Positions 19,072 through 29,597 are shown, numbered from the stretch's first letter. The stretch is 64,000 nt of DNA from Candidatus Entotheonellaceae bacterium (GCA_965238075.1 OZ250173.1:2688001-2752000); one strand, 5' to 3'. Notes: a model not told the origin generated them from the letters alone. Made by a program: numbers and translations.

Positions 19072-20973
19072 ATGCAAGCGGAACTCCCAGCCGGTTATGC
19101 CGGAAAGATATTGCGGGTTGATTTGAGTCAGAATCGCACCTGGACCGAACCCTGGACGGCCGAGATGTGCCGCACCTGCATCGGTGGGGTGGGGCTGGGC
19201 ATCAAAATTCTGTGGGACGAGGTGCCGGCGGAGGTCGGCTGGGACCACGAAGACAATCGCCTGGTGCTGGCCACGGGTCCGCTGGCCGGGCTGCCGGCTT
19301 GGGGCACCGGTGGGCTCACCGTCGTGACGCGCGGCGCTCTGACCAACGGCGCCACCAATACCCAGGCCAACGGCTTTTTCGGCGCCAATCTGAAGTATTC
19401 CGGCTACGACGCCATCGTCCTGCAGGGGCGGGCGCCGGAGTGGGTCTATCTCTATATCCGTGACGACACCGTTGAACTGCGCGACGCCTCGACCCTGCTG
19501 GGCAAGGACACCTGGGAAACGCAAGAGGCCCTGGAGGAAATGCTCGATCTGACGGGCCACCAGCTCAGCGTGTACACCAGTGGTGTGGCGGGCGAGAACC
19601 AGGTGCGTTTTGCAGCCGTCCACGGCGATTACGGCCACGTGGCCAGCAAGAACGGCTGCGGCGCCGTGATGGGCAACAAACGGCTGAAGGCGGTAGCCAT
19701 CGTGCGCGGCAGCAAGGCGCTGCGCGCCGCCGACCCGCGCGGCTTGTGGATGGCCGCGCAGGAGATCGCCGAGGACCTGCAATACGACCCGTCAACCCGG
19801 TCGCTGTATGAATATGGCACGCTGCCTGGGGTGTCCGGCCTGTCGCGGCTCGGCGCGCTGCCGATCAAGAATTACACCACGAACGTCGTTCCCGAAGGTG
19901 TGGACATGAGCCAGTGGACGGCGCAGGGGCTGCGCGAGGGTTTCGATCACCGCGGCCACCAGTGTAATTCGTGCGGCATGCACCATTGCCACGCTCAGGT
20001 ATTGCCTTCAGGACCGCACCAGGGCGCCATCGTCGACGAGCCGGAATACGAGGGCTGGTCCGGGGCCGGCTGGGCTTTCGGGTGCACCGATCCGGTCGCC
20101 ACCTCGTGGCTCAACACGCAGGTGGACCGTGCGTGCGTGGACGTGAACGAGTTTGGCTGGCTCGTCGGCTGGGTGATCGAGTGCCAGGAGAAGGGCTACA
20201 TCACCAAGGAACAGCTTGGTGGCCTCACCATCACCTGGGGCGACGCCGAGGCGGCCAACGTGCTGCTGCAAATGACGATTCGCCGCGAGGGGTTTGGCAA
20301 CGTGCTGGCCGAGGGCGTCAAACGGGCGTCTGAAACGGTTGGTGGGCCCGCCGCCGAGTGCGCCATTTATGCGATGACGGGCAATACCCCGCGCGGCCAC
20401 GATCACCGGGCGCGCTGGGAAGAAATGCTCGATACCTGTACGGGCAGCGGCGGCACCCTGGACAGCGGTCCGCCGGTGATGCCAACCGAGATGGGACAGC
20501 CGGCACGCATCAATCCGTTCGATCCGGACGCCGTGGCGCGTATGGTCGGCGGCACGCGCGGCCGGCGGCAGTTCGAGGATTCCTTGGGGACGTGCATTTT
20601 TACGACCCGCACCCTGTTGTCCATATTGTGCCGAACCCTGAGTGCCGCCACCGGCTGGGATTTCACCAAGGACGAGGCGCTGCTCTTTGGCCGACGCACC
20701 GCCGCGCTGATGCGGGCGTTCAACATCCGCTGCGGCATCACGCCCGATCTCGAAAGGCCGTCCAAACGATACGGCTCCGTGCCCGTCGACGGTCCGGCCC
20801 AAGGCCAGGACATCGGCGCGCATTGGGAGCACCTGCTCGACGTCTGGTACGACATGGTCGGCTATGACCGCCAGACCGGTAAACCGCTTCCGGCCACGCT
20901 GGAAGACCTGGGTCTGTCGCATATCGTTGCCGACCTCTGGGATGCCCAGGAGGCCACCCATGCCGGCACCTGA
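19072..20973 (+). CDS. aor: Aldehyde:ferredoxin oxidoreductase family (tungstopterin WOR) catalytic subunit
   Basis: GYAGKILRVDLS, GAVMGNKRLKAVA, CNSCGMHHC, EPEYEG, EDSLGTCIF, TGKPLPATLEDLGL. Confidence 0.92.
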   Translation: MQAELPAGYAGKILRVDLSQNRTWTEPWTAEMCRTCIGGVGLGIKILWDEVPAEVGWDHEDNRLVLATGPLAGLPAWGTGGLTVVTRGALTNGATNTQANGFFGANLKYSGYDAIVLQGRAPEWVYLYIRDDTVELRDASTLLGKDTWETQEALEEMLDLTGHQLSVYTSGVAGENQVRFAAVHGDYGHVASKNGCGAVMGNKRLKAVAIVRGSKALRAADPRGLWMAAQEIAEDLQYDPSTRSLYEYGTLPGVSGLSRLGALPIKNYTTNVVPEGVDMSQWTAQGLREGFDHRGHQCNSCGMHHCHAQVLPSGPHQGAIVDEPEYEGWSGAGWAFGCTDPVATSWLNTQVDRACVDVNEFGWLVGWVIECQEKGYITKEQLGGLTITWGDAEAANVLLQMTIRREGFGNVLAEGVKRASETVGGPAAECAIYAMTGNTPRGHDHRARWEEMLDTCTGSGGTLDSGPPVMPTEMGQPARINPFDPDAVARMVGGTRGRRQFEDSLGTCIFTTRTLLSILCRTLSAATGWDFTKDEALLFGRRTAALMRAFNIRCGITPDLERPSKRYGSVPVDGPAQGQDIGAHWEHLLDVWYDMVGYDRQTGKPLPATLEDLGLSHIVADLWDAQEATHAGT

Positions 20974-21304
20974 TACCCCCCAAAATACGGCTGCTATCGA
21001 CGCCGGCGAGTTGGAGATCGAGGTCGTCGCCTGGATCACCAAATTCGTCGACGGCGACGGCAGCACCCGCAAGGTCTTCCACCTGCCCCTGCGAGCGGAC
21101 GACACGGTTCGCAAGGTCCTGCGCCGCCTCAGCGGCCGTTTTCCCCAACTCCACAAAGCCCTGTGGGACCCCGCCACCGGCGGCCTCGCCGAACACATCG
21201 AAGTGCTCATCAACGACGCCGTCCTCGACCTCACCCACAATCTTGACAGTCCCATCTGCCGGAGCGACAGGATCGCCCTCATCGGCCAGTATCTTGGGGG
21301 ATAA
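20960..21304 (+). CDS. MoaD/ThiS family sulfur-carrier protein
   Basis: Ubiquitin-like pattern EVLIND...DRIAL; C-terminal GG; AGGAGG RBS inside the aor 3' end. Confidence 0.85.
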   Translation: MPAPDTPQNTAAIDAGELEIEVVAWITKFVDGDGSTRKVFHLPLRADDTVRKVLRRLSGRFPQLHKALWDPATGGLAEHIEVLINDAVLDLTHNLDSPICRSDRIALIGQYLGG

Positions 21305-21332
21305 AACCGTTTAGCCACAGGAGTCGCCGTTC

Positions 21333-22913
21333 ATGGCAGACCTGATTAGCCCTGCAACCCTGCTCGACCTTTTGGCAAGTGACACGCCTTGCGCCTGCAT
21401 TGATGTCCGACAGCCTGGCGAGTACAACAGCTCGCACATCTCTGGGGTGAGTCTGCTACCGCGCCGGCAACTCGAATTTGACATGCCGTTGGCGGTGCCT
21501 TTCCCGGGGACCCGAGTGGTGGTGTGTGACGACGATGGGCGCCGTGCGGCGCTGGCTGCCGCGACACTGGAAGGCATGGGATACAGCAACGTAGCTGTCC
21601 TGCAAGGGGGCATCAACCGCTGGGTGAGCGAGAGCCACCCCACCGAGTGGGGCACCAACGTGCCCAGCAAGGATTTCGGGGAAAAGGTGGAAGTGGTGCA
21701 TCACGTGCCGGAGATCGAGGCGACCGACCTGCAGGCTCGTATGGCGCGAGGGGACAAGCTGGAGATTCTCGACACTCGAACGCCTGAGGAGTTCCAGCGT
21801 TTTTGTATTCCTGGGGGGCGCAGCGTTCCTGGGGGAGAATTGCCCCTGCGCATCAATGACATCATCGAACAGCTGGAGGCGGATACCACGGTCATTGTGA
21901 ACTGTGCCGGACGCACCCGCAGCATTATTGGGACACGCCTGCTGCAACGGATGGGTCTGTCGAACGTATATGGCCTGAAAAACGGCACGGCCGGATGGCT
22001 TTTGGCTGGTTATCAACTGGAAACCGGCGCCAACCGGCTGGAGCTGCCCGCGCCGTCACCCGAAGGGCTTGCCGCTGCGGAAACGTACGCGGCCAGATTG
22101 GCCGAAGAAGACGGCGTCCGTTTCCTGGATATCCCGGCCCTGCAGGCCATGATGGCCAGGCGGGAGGAGGGAATCCATTATTTTGTCGACGTGCGGACCG
22201 CGGCGGAGTACGCCGGTGGCCACATACCCGGGTTCCGATGGTTTCCTGGCGGCCAGGCCGTCCAGCGCTGCGACGATGTGGCGGTGGTGAAACCTTGCCC
22301 GATCATCTTTGCCTGTGACGGCAAAGCCCGTGCCACCTGTACCGCCTCCTGGTATCGGCAGATGGGTTTCGCAGAAGTCTACGTTGTGGACGGTGGAACC
22401 ACAGCCTGGAGCGACAGTGGCTTGGCGCTGGAGCAAGGTGGGGAAGATGCGGCGCCGGTCGGCTTCGCCGCGGCACAAGCCAAGGTGCGCCTCGTGACCC
22501 CCCAGGCTCTGCACGCCGACTTGCCGCCGGTGGTCATTTTCGTTGACACCAGCCAGGACTTTGCCGGCGCTCATATACCCGGCGCCAACTGGGTGCCGCG
22601 CGGCTGGTTGGAGTTTCATATCGGCTCCCTGGCGCCCTCATACGAGACCTCCATTGCCATAACCTGCAACGATGGGCGCCAAGCCACGCTTGCCGGCGCC
22701 ACGCTAACGGACCTGGGCTACCAGACCGTTACCGTGTTGGAGGGCGGCATGGCCGCCTGGCAGCACGCCGCCTTGCCGGTTGAGCGGGGCCTCTCCGGTG
22801 TCATGAGTCCGCCCACAGACGTGGTGCTGTCCGGCCCGGAACGGAACTTCGCAGATATGATGCACTACCTGCGCTGGGAAGAAGAATTGGGGACGAAGTA
22901 TAGTTCTCCTTGA
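21333..22913 (+). CDS. Four-domain rhodanese-related sulfurtransferase
   Basis: Four repeats of DVR/DTR...HIPG/L-GG-W; active-site-like loop NCAGRTRS; VPSKDFGE. Confidence 0.9.
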   Translation: MADLISPATLLDLLASDTPCACIDVRQPGEYNSSHISGVSLLPRRQLEFDMPLAVPFPGTRVVVCDDDGRRAALAAATLEGMGYSNVAVLQGGINRWVSESHPTEWGTNVPSKDFGEKVEVVHHVPEIEATDLQARMARGDKLEILDTRTPEEFQRFCIPGGRSVPGGELPLRINDIIEQLEADTTVIVNCAGRTRSIIGTRLLQRMGLSNVYGLKNGTAGWLLAGYQLETGANRLELPAPSPEGLAAAETYAARLAEEDGVRFLDIPALQAMMARREEGIHYFVDVRTAAEYAGGHIPGFRWFPGGQAVQRCDDVAVVKPCPIIFACDGKARATCTASWYRQMGFAEVYVVDGGTTAWSDSGLALEQGGEDAAPVGFAAAQAKVRLVTPQALHADLPPVVIFVDTSQDFAGAHIPGANWVPRGWLEFHIGSLAPSYETSIAITCNDGRQATLAGATLTDLGYQTVTVLEGGMAAWQHAALPVERGLSGVMSPPTDVVLSGPERNFADMMHYLRWEEELGTKYSSP

Positions 22914-23026
22914 AAACCCTCTCGAAAACGCCTTTCACCACGTCCCCCAAATATCTGAGGCCGCTACGCGCGGGTCGCCTTACCGGTACTGCCGGCCGCC
23001 TGGACCCTACACCCGTCTAACATGAG

Positions 23027-23767
23027 CTATACCCTGAGGTGCCTGTCGTAGAACAGCATGACGCGGTGCCACATGTCCTGGGCAGGGGCGGCGCGGTAGC
23101 TGGGGCGGTAGTCGGCGAAGAAGGCGTGGCCGGCATCGCGGTACATGTGAAACGTATAGGTTTTGCCGTGCTTGTCGAGTTCTTCCTGCAGACGGGCGGC
23201 GTGCTCGGGTGACGGGTTGGGGTCCTCTTCGCCGAACAGCGCGAGGAGGGGGCAGGAGAGGGTGGGCACCATGTCGATGGGGGAGACGGGGCGCTGCGGG
23301 GTGTGTTCGTCCTGAATGATAAAGCCGCCGGCGGAATCGATCGCGGCATCCAGGTTGGTGCTCTTGCAGCCCAGCATCAGGGTGTAGCGGCCGCCGGAGC
23401 AAAAGCCGATGGCGCCGACTTTGCCGTTGCTGTCGGACTGGCCCTTGAGAAACGCAATGGCGCCCTCCAGATCGGCCACGGCCTGGGTGTCCGGCACCGA
23501 GAACATGGTCTTGAAGATTTCTTCCATAACGGTGGGATCGGGCGAGCCTTCGCGGGTGTACATGTCCGGGGCGACGGCCAGGTAGCCCTGTTCGGCGAAA
23601 CGGCGGGCTACGTCCTTGATGTGGTCAATAAGGCCGAAGGCTTCCATGATGACGACGACGCCGGGGTAGCGCCCGGAGTCGGCCGGGCGGCTGAAATAGG
23701 CGTCGATCTGGGTGCCGTCCTGGCTGGGAAATCGAAGCATTTCGGACCTGATGCCTGCTGGGTACAC
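23027..23767 (-). CDS. Dienelactone hydrolase family protein
   Basis: EAFGL, nucleophile motif GFCSGG, GEEDP, AGHAF. Confidence 0.92.
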   Translation of the reverse strand: MYPAGIRSEMLRFPSQDGTQIDAYFSRPADSGRYPGVVVIMEAFGLIDHIKDVARRFAEQGYLAVAPDMYTREGSPDPTVMEEIFKTMFSVPDTQAVADLEGAIAFLKGQSDSNGKVGAIGFCSGGRYTLMLGCKSTNLDAAIDSAGGFIIQDEHTPQRPVSPIDMVPTLSCPLLALFGEEDPNPSPEHAARLQEELDKHGKTYTFHMYRDAGHAFFADYRPSYRAAPAQDMWHRVMLFYDRHLRV

Positions 23768-23985
23768 GGCTGCGCTCCTTAGCGGTTGAAATGGCCAATA
23801 AGTGACGATATTTCAAGGCGGCAGGCTAGCATCGACGGGGTGCGAGGGTCAAGGGCGCCGGGGCGTCCGGTGGATTCACGTTGAAGCCCTTTGTGGAGAC
23901 CGGCAAGTGTGTTATTTTAGGGCCGTTTCTGGCACGAATGGACTGCGTTTAGAACGTGAAGTTCCCTAATTCTAAGGAGATTCTC

Positions 23986-24684
23986 ATGTCTCACCATCGC
24001 CCACTTTCGCGCCGTGTCATGCTTCGCAACACCCTCGCGGTCGGCGCGGTGTTTGCGGCGCCCAACATCGTGCGCAGCGCTGTATGTAATGTCACGCCGA
24101 AGCAGGTCGAAGGTCCCTTCTACATGAACGACTACGACCGCAAGGCGCCAGTGATGAACAACAACGACCTGACGCAGATCCCCGGCGCGCCGCGGGCTGC
24201 GGACGGCGAGGTGATCTATCTCGCCGGACAGGTGACGGACGGAGAATGCAGGCCCGTCAAGGGCGCTGCCGTCGAGATCTGGCAGTCCTGCGTCACGGGC
24301 CGTTACGCCCATGTACGCGATCCCAATCCGGCGCCGATCGACCCCTATTTCCGCTATTCCGGCGAGTTCCTCACCGATGAGGAGGGGCGCTATTCCTTCA
24401 AGACCATCAAGCCGGGTGCTTACCCAATTCCTGGCGGAATGGCACGCACGCCGCACATCCATTTCAGGGTCGTCGCCCTCGCCCCGATCCTCACCACGCA
24501 GATGTACTTTGCGGGCGAGCCGTTGAACGACAAGGACATCCTGCTGGGCCATGTCCCCAAGTCCGAACAGAAGCGGCTGGTCGTTGAGCCCTCCACCCGC
24601 CCCGGCAGCTACGGGGACGAGAATTACTACGTGTTCGATATGACTATCGGCTCGTTCGGTTTCTCCCTGGAGCGCGACGGCTAG
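23986..24684 (+). CDS. Intradiol ring-cleavage dioxygenase-like protein with Tat signal
   Basis: SRRVMLR Tat motif; EGPFY, VEIWQ..GRY, TIKPGAY, RTPHIHF; AAGGAG RBS. Confidence 0.87.
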   Translation: MSHHRPLSRRVMLRNTLAVGAVFAAPNIVRSAVCNVTPKQVEGPFYMNDYDRKAPVMNNNDLTQIPGAPRAADGEVIYLAGQVTDGECRPVKGAAVEIWQSCVTGRYAHVRDPNPAPIDPYFRYSGEFLTDEEGRYSFKTIKPGAYPIPGGMARTPHIHFRVVALAPILTTQMYFAGEPLNDKDILLGHVPKSEQKRLVVEPSTRPGSYGDENYYVFDMTIGSFGFSLERDG

Positions 24685-24763
24685 GGGTGGTGTCATGCGT
24701 GCGCGCGGCGGTAGCCGGTGATGCTGGCCGCGCGCACCCGTTTGACAGGGTAGGAGAGCATCC

Positions 24764-25819
24764 TTGGACTTTGGCGCCTTTATGGAGTTTGGCAGCCGCC
24801 AGGATAGCAGCCAGACCGACGCGTTCCGGGAGGGGTTCGATTTTGTACAGGCGGCCGAGTCATGGGGCCTCGACGGCGTGTGGCTGGCAGAGTTCCATTT
24901 CAATCCGGTGCGCTCCGTGCTGTCCTCGCCGATCGTCGTCGCCGGCGCCATTGCCTCTTGCACTACCCGTCTGCGCATCGGTATGGCCGTCTACGTTCTG
25001 CCCCTGAACAACCCGCTGCGGGTCGCCGAAGAAGTGGCGACCGTGGACCACATCAGCAAGGGCCGCTTCGATTTCGGCGTTGGGCGCAGCGGCTTCGTAC
25101 GTTCCTACGACATTTACCGCACCCCGTACAGCGAGAGTCAGGGCCGTTTTCGCGAGGGTCTGGCGATCATTTTGCAAGCCTGGAAGGGGGAGACGTTCTC
25201 ATACCATGGCGATTACTTCACGGTGGAAGACGCCACCGTGTCGCCGCGCCCCTACCAGTTGCCGCATCCGCCGCTGCGCATGGCCGCCACGACGGCGGCA
25301 ACCTTTCCCGAGGTGGGTCGTCTGGGATATCCGATTTTTGTCGGACTGCGCGGCATGGACATTCCGGAATTGCGGACCCACCTGCAGGCATACCGCAAGG
25401 CTTGGCGCGAGGCCGGACATGCCGGTGACGGCGACGTGTATTTGCGCATTCCCATTTACGCGGCCGCCTCGGAGCAGGCGGTGATGGACGAGCCCCGCGA
25501 AAGCATCACGTATTACATCTCACGTCAGAGCAGCATCGTGGCCCAGGACGCCGCGAGGCGCCGGCCAAGCGACGCGGGCGCGCGCTTGCAGCAAAGTACC
25601 GCCGAGCGCTTGGCGTCTCTTTCTTATGAAGAGATTCTGGCCACCAAGGTCGCGTTCGGCAGCGCGCCGGGTCTGCGGGACCGGTTGCAGTGGCTGCAAG
25701 AGGAATTGGGCTTGGATGGCGTTGTCGCCGAGCTGAACGCCGGCGGTCTGTTGTCTGCCGATCAGGTACGGCAAAGCCTGCGCATCCTGACACATGAGGT
25801 GATGCCGGCCTTCAAATGA
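24764..25819 (+). CDS. LLM-class (luciferase-like) flavin-dependent monooxygenase
   Basis: VWLAEFHF, NPLRVAEEVATVDHISKGRFDFGVGR, PRPYQLPHPP. Confidence 0.92.
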   Translation: MDFGAFMEFGSRQDSSQTDAFREGFDFVQAAESWGLDGVWLAEFHFNPVRSVLSSPIVVAGAIASCTTRLRIGMAVYVLPLNNPLRVAEEVATVDHISKGRFDFGVGRSGFVRSYDIYRTPYSESQGRFREGLAIILQAWKGETFSYHGDYFTVEDATVSPRPYQLPHPPLRMAATTAATFPEVGRLGYPIFVGLRGMDIPELRTHLQAYRKAWREAGHAGDGDVYLRIPIYAAASEQAVMDEPRESITYYISRQSSIVAQDAARRRPSDAGARLQQSTAERLASLSYEEILATKVAFGSAPGLRDRLQWLQEELGLDGVVAELNAGGLLSADQVRQSLRILTHEVMPAFK

Positions 25820-26555
25820 TTTGGATGGGCGGAACCGCTGTGTAAGGCGTTTGGCAAGGATGACCGGCGGCGTAGCGATACACCGGTTCCTGGCCATCGG
25901 AGGGCAGGGCGAGGATGGTGGACGAAACCGTACCGTAATTGTCCGTGTCGCGGTGCATGCAGATGGTTTCCCGGTTCTGCACGCCGGGTTCATGGTCGCG
26001 GCACACCTGTTCGAGGCAGGGCAGCAGGGTAGGGAGGTCGGTTTGCTCGGTGGCCCGCAAGAGTTGTCGGGCACGGTGCAGGCGGACGGTCTCAAAATCG
26101 TTCAGTTCACCGTTGGCAAGCACGTGGAGTCCCGGCTGTAGACGTTGGGCGACCGGCTTGTCGTCGTAAGCCACCCACACCAGGTTGCAGCGGTCCATGA
26201 CAAGCAGATTGAACGGGTTATAGCGCTGCGGCAGCTGGGTCGCGAGGGATTCTACCGCCTCGGCTGCGGTCCGGCCCCGCAGCGCCTCCATGCACACCAG
26301 ACCCCGCGACCGCCGCTCGGGGTCAGTCTCCTGTTCCGCATGCAGGCGTCGATTGGTCAAACCGACGAACACCCCGTGCTCGTTGACGCCCATCCACGTG
26401 CCGCCGGCGCGCTCATCACGTCCACCCCAAATCCGAGGTGAGTGGGCTAATAGGGCGGGCCCTTGCGTCGGGCGGTCGTAGTACTCGTCACGGTTCGCCG
26501 CAACGACAATCGGGTAGTCCCGCAACACCCGGTGAATGACCATCAGAATACACAT
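25812..26555 (-). CDS. NRDE / TANGO2 family protein
   Basis: MC start, AANRDEYYDRPT, GGTWMG, SRG, YNPFNL, YGTVSST. Confidence 0.9.
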   Translation of the reverse strand: MCILMVIHRVLRDYPIVVAANRDEYYDRPTQGPALLAHSPRIWGGRDERAGGTWMGVNEHGVFVGLTNRRLHAEQETDPERRSRGLVCMEALRGRTAAEAVESLATQLPQRYNPFNLLVMDRCNLVWVAYDDKPVAQRLQPGLHVLANGELNDFETVRLHRARQLLRATEQTDLPTLLPCLEQVCRDHEPGVQNRETICMHRDTDNYGTVSSTILALPSDGQEPVYRYAAGHPCQTPYTAVPPIQII

Positions 26556-26675
26556 GAGCTTTCCCCGATACGAGCCGTTCTTGGCTTTACGGAAACCAGT
26601 GAAGGCGTTACAATGGGTGTTAGTCTCCCAACAAACCCACACATATAGCGATCCCGCTGCACAGGACCACATAGC

Positions 26676-28526
26676 ATGACATCACAAGATACGGTCGACA
26701 AGCAGGTGGAAGAACTCGAATCCGTCGTGATCCGCCTCGCTGGAGACTCCGGTGACGGCATGCAGCTTACGGGCGGGCAATTTACCCGTACAACGGCCCT
26801 GTTCGGAAACGACATCAGCACCCTGCCCGACTTTCCGGCGGAAATCCGCGCCCCGGCGGGCTCCTTGCCGGGCGTCAGTTCCTTCCAGTTGAATTTCAGC
26901 AGCCACGACATCTTTACGCCAGGGGACGCGCCAAACGTGCTGGTCGCCATGAACCCGGCGGCCTTGAAGGTGCATCTCGACGATCTGGAAGACGGCGGTA
27001 TTCTCGTCGTCAACACCGATGCGTTCAGCAAGACGAATCTCCATAAAGCCGGCTACACCAACAATCCCCTCGAAGACGGCAGCCTCTCCAAATACCGCGC
27101 CTTCAAGGTGCCCATCAGCTCCCTCAATGCCAAGGCCCTCGACGGCCTCGACATGAGTCAGAGACAAATCGACCGCAGCAAGAATTTCTGGGCGCTGGGA
27201 TTGCTCTACTGGCTGTACAACCGACCACTGGACGCCAGCCTGCGCTTTCTTGAAGAACGCTTTAAGGAATCAAATCCCACTGTCTACGAGGCCAACAAAC
27301 GGGCCCTCTATGCCGGTTACAACTACGGTGACACCACCGAGATTTTCACCACCGCGTACCGGGTGCGCAAAGCGCATCTGCCGGAAGGCACCTATCGCAA
27401 TATAACCGGAGCCGAGGCAACCGCCATGGGCTTCGTGACGGGCGCCCGCCTGCTTGGCAAACCCATTTTTTACACCGCTTACCCCATCACGCCGGCCAGC
27501 GAAGTTCTGCACGAGATCGTTCAGTACAAGCATTTCGGGGTGAAAACGTTCCAGGCGGAAGACGAAATAGCCGCGGTGACCGCCGCCATTGGCGCGGCCT
27601 TCGGCGGCAGTTTGGGGCTTACCTGCACCAGCGGACCGGGTGTGGCTCTGAAAAGCGAAGCGATCAACCTCGCCCATATGGTTGAGTTGCCCTTGGTGAT
27701 CGCCGACATTCAGCGCGCCGGGCCGAGTACCGGCATGCCCACCAAGACCGAGCAGGGCGACCTGCTGCAATGCATGTTCGGGCGCAACAGCGACTCGGCC
27801 TGTGCGATCATTGCACCCGCGACGCCCAGCGACTGTTTCTACATGGCGATCGAAGCGTTCCGACTGGCGGTAAAATTCATGACGCCGGTCTTTTTCCTGT
27901 CAGACGGCTACCTCGGCAATGGCGCCGAGCCATGGCGTATTCCGTCGGCCAGCGATCTGAAGCGCTACAGCGTCGTGCACCCCACCGATCCCGAGGGTTT
28001 CGCGGCATACCGTCGTGATCCCGAGACCTTGGCGCGGCCTTGGGCCATTCCCGGTACTCCTGGCTTGGAGCACCGCATCGGCGGGCTGGAAAAGGCCGAC
28101 ATCACCGGGAACGTCAGCTACGATCCCCGCAACCATGAGTTGATGACCAAGCTGCGTAACGAGAAGATTGACCGCATCGCCAACGACATTCCGCTACAGG
28201 AGGTTTATGGTGACCGGGAAGGCAAGCTCCTGGTGCTGAGCTGGGGCAGTACCTACGGCGCGGTAGTTTCCGCGGTGGACAAGCTGCGCGAGCAAGGGCA
28301 ATCGGTGTCGCATGCTCACCTGCGGTATCTCAACCCGCTGCCGAAAAACCTTGGGGACATTCTACAGCGCTTCGATACCGTGCTGATTCCGGAACTCAAT
28401 CTGGGCCAGCTTCGCCTGTTGATCCGGGCGCGTTTCCTGGTTGACGCCGTTGGCTTCCACAAGGTTCAGGGGGTGCCATTCAAGGTGTCTGAAATCATCC
28501 AAAAATGCGAAGAACTTCTTGGCTAA
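26676..28526 (+). CDS. korA: 2-oxoacid:ferredoxin oxidoreductase, fused gamma-alpha subunit
   Basis: AGDSGDGMQLTG, YPITPAS, QAEDEIAA, TSGPG, QRAGPSTGMPTK. Confidence 0.95.
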   Translation: MTSQDTVDKQVEELESVVIRLAGDSGDGMQLTGGQFTRTTALFGNDISTLPDFPAEIRAPAGSLPGVSSFQLNFSSHDIFTPGDAPNVLVAMNPAALKVHLDDLEDGGILVVNTDAFSKTNLHKAGYTNNPLEDGSLSKYRAFKVPISSLNAKALDGLDMSQRQIDRSKNFWALGLLYWLYNRPLDASLRFLEERFKESNPTVYEANKRALYAGYNYGDTTEIFTTAYRVRKAHLPEGTYRNITGAEATAMGFVTGARLLGKPIFYTAYPITPASEVLHEIVQYKHFGVKTFQAEDEIAAVTAAIGAAFGGSLGLTCTSGPGVALKSEAINLAHMVELPLVIADIQRAGPSTGMPTKTEQGDLLQCMFGRNSDSACAIIAPATPSDCFYMAIEAFRLAVKFMTPVFFLSDGYLGNGAEPWRIPSASDLKRYSVVHPTDPEGFAAYRRDPETLARPWAIPGTPGLEHRIGGLEKADITGNVSYDPRNHELMTKLRNEKIDRIANDIPLQEVYGDREGKLLVLSWGSTYGAVVSAVDKLREQGQSVSHAHLRYLNPLPKNLGDILQRFDTVLIPELNLGQLRLLIRARFLVDAVGFHKVQGVPFKVSEIIQKCEELLG

Positions 28527-28538
28527 GGATCCCATGGC

Positions 28539-29582
28539 ATGAGTGAAGCAACGAACGGCAAGGTGAGCGGCGCCGCGGCGGTTTTGACACGCAAGGATTT
28601 TACCTCCGACCAGGAGGTGCGGTGGTGTCCGGGATGCGGTGACTATTCCATCTTGGCGCAGACCCAGAAGGTCATGCCAGACCTGGGCGTGCCGCGTGAG
28701 AAGATCGTTTTCGTGTCCGGTATCGGTTGCTCAAGCCGTTTTCCCTATTACATGCAGACCTACGGCTTCCACACCATTCACGGCCGCGCGCCGGCCATTG
28801 CCACGGGCCTGAAAGCCAGCCGGCCTGACTTGATGGTGTGGGTGATCACCGGAGACGGCGACGCCCTGAGCATTGGCGGCAACCATATCCTGCACATACT
28901 GCGGCGCAACGTTGACGTTAAGATCGTGCTGTTCAACAACCGCATCTACGGCCTGACCAAGGGCCAATACTCGCCCACCTCGGAACTCGGCAAGAAGGTC
29001 AAGTCGGCCCCCATGGGTGCGCCCGATGCACCGCTTTCGCCCCTGTCGGTTGCCATCGGCGCCGAGGCGACGTTCGTAGCCCGCACGGTCGACACGGACA
29101 CCAAACACCTGATCGCTACGCTGGAGCGGGCCGCGGCGCACAAAGGCACGGCGTTTGTCGAGGTGTATCAGAATTGCAATATTTATAATGACCACGCCTT
29201 TGCCTACATGACGGAACGCAGTGTGCGCGACGACCGCACGCTGTACCTGCAGCACGGCGAACCGATGCGCTTCGGCAAAGAGCGCCAGCGGGGCATCCGG
29301 TTACGCGGTCTGGACCCGGAAGTGGTGACGATTGGTGAGAACGGTGTCAGCGAAGAAGACCTGTTGCGGCACGATGAGCATAAGCCGGGAGGGACCTTGG
29401 CGTATCTGCTGAGTCGCCTGGATTATCCCGATTTTCCGGTGCCGGTCGGAGTGCTGCGGGACGTGCAACGTCCGACGTATGACGACATCCTGGGGGAACA
29501 GGAGGCACTGGCTCAGCAGCGCCACGGCACGGGCGATTTGGATGCCTTGTTCAACCAGGGCGATACCTGGGTTGTGGGGTAG
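28539..29582 (+). CDS. korB: 2-oxoacid:ferredoxin oxidoreductase beta subunit
   Basis: WCPGCGD, SGIGCSSR, TPP motif GDGD...NNRIYGLTKGQ. Confidence 0.95.
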   Translation: MSEATNGKVSGAAAVLTRKDFTSDQEVRWCPGCGDYSILAQTQKVMPDLGVPREKIVFVSGIGCSSRFPYYMQTYGFHTIHGRAPAIATGLKASRPDLMVWVITGDGDALSIGGNHILHILRRNVDVKIVLFNNRIYGLTKGQYSPTSELGKKVKSAPMGAPDAPLSPLSVAIGAEATFVARTVDTDTKHLIATLERAAAHKGTAFVEVYQNCNIYNDHAFAYMTERSVRDDRTLYLQHGEPMRFGKERQRGIRLRGLDPEVVTIGENGVSEEDLLRHDEHKPGGTLAYLLSRLDYPDFPVPVGVLRDVQRPTYDDILGEQEALAQQRHGTGDLDALFNQGDTWVVG

Positions 29583-29597
29583 GGTGGGGCGTCAGGC

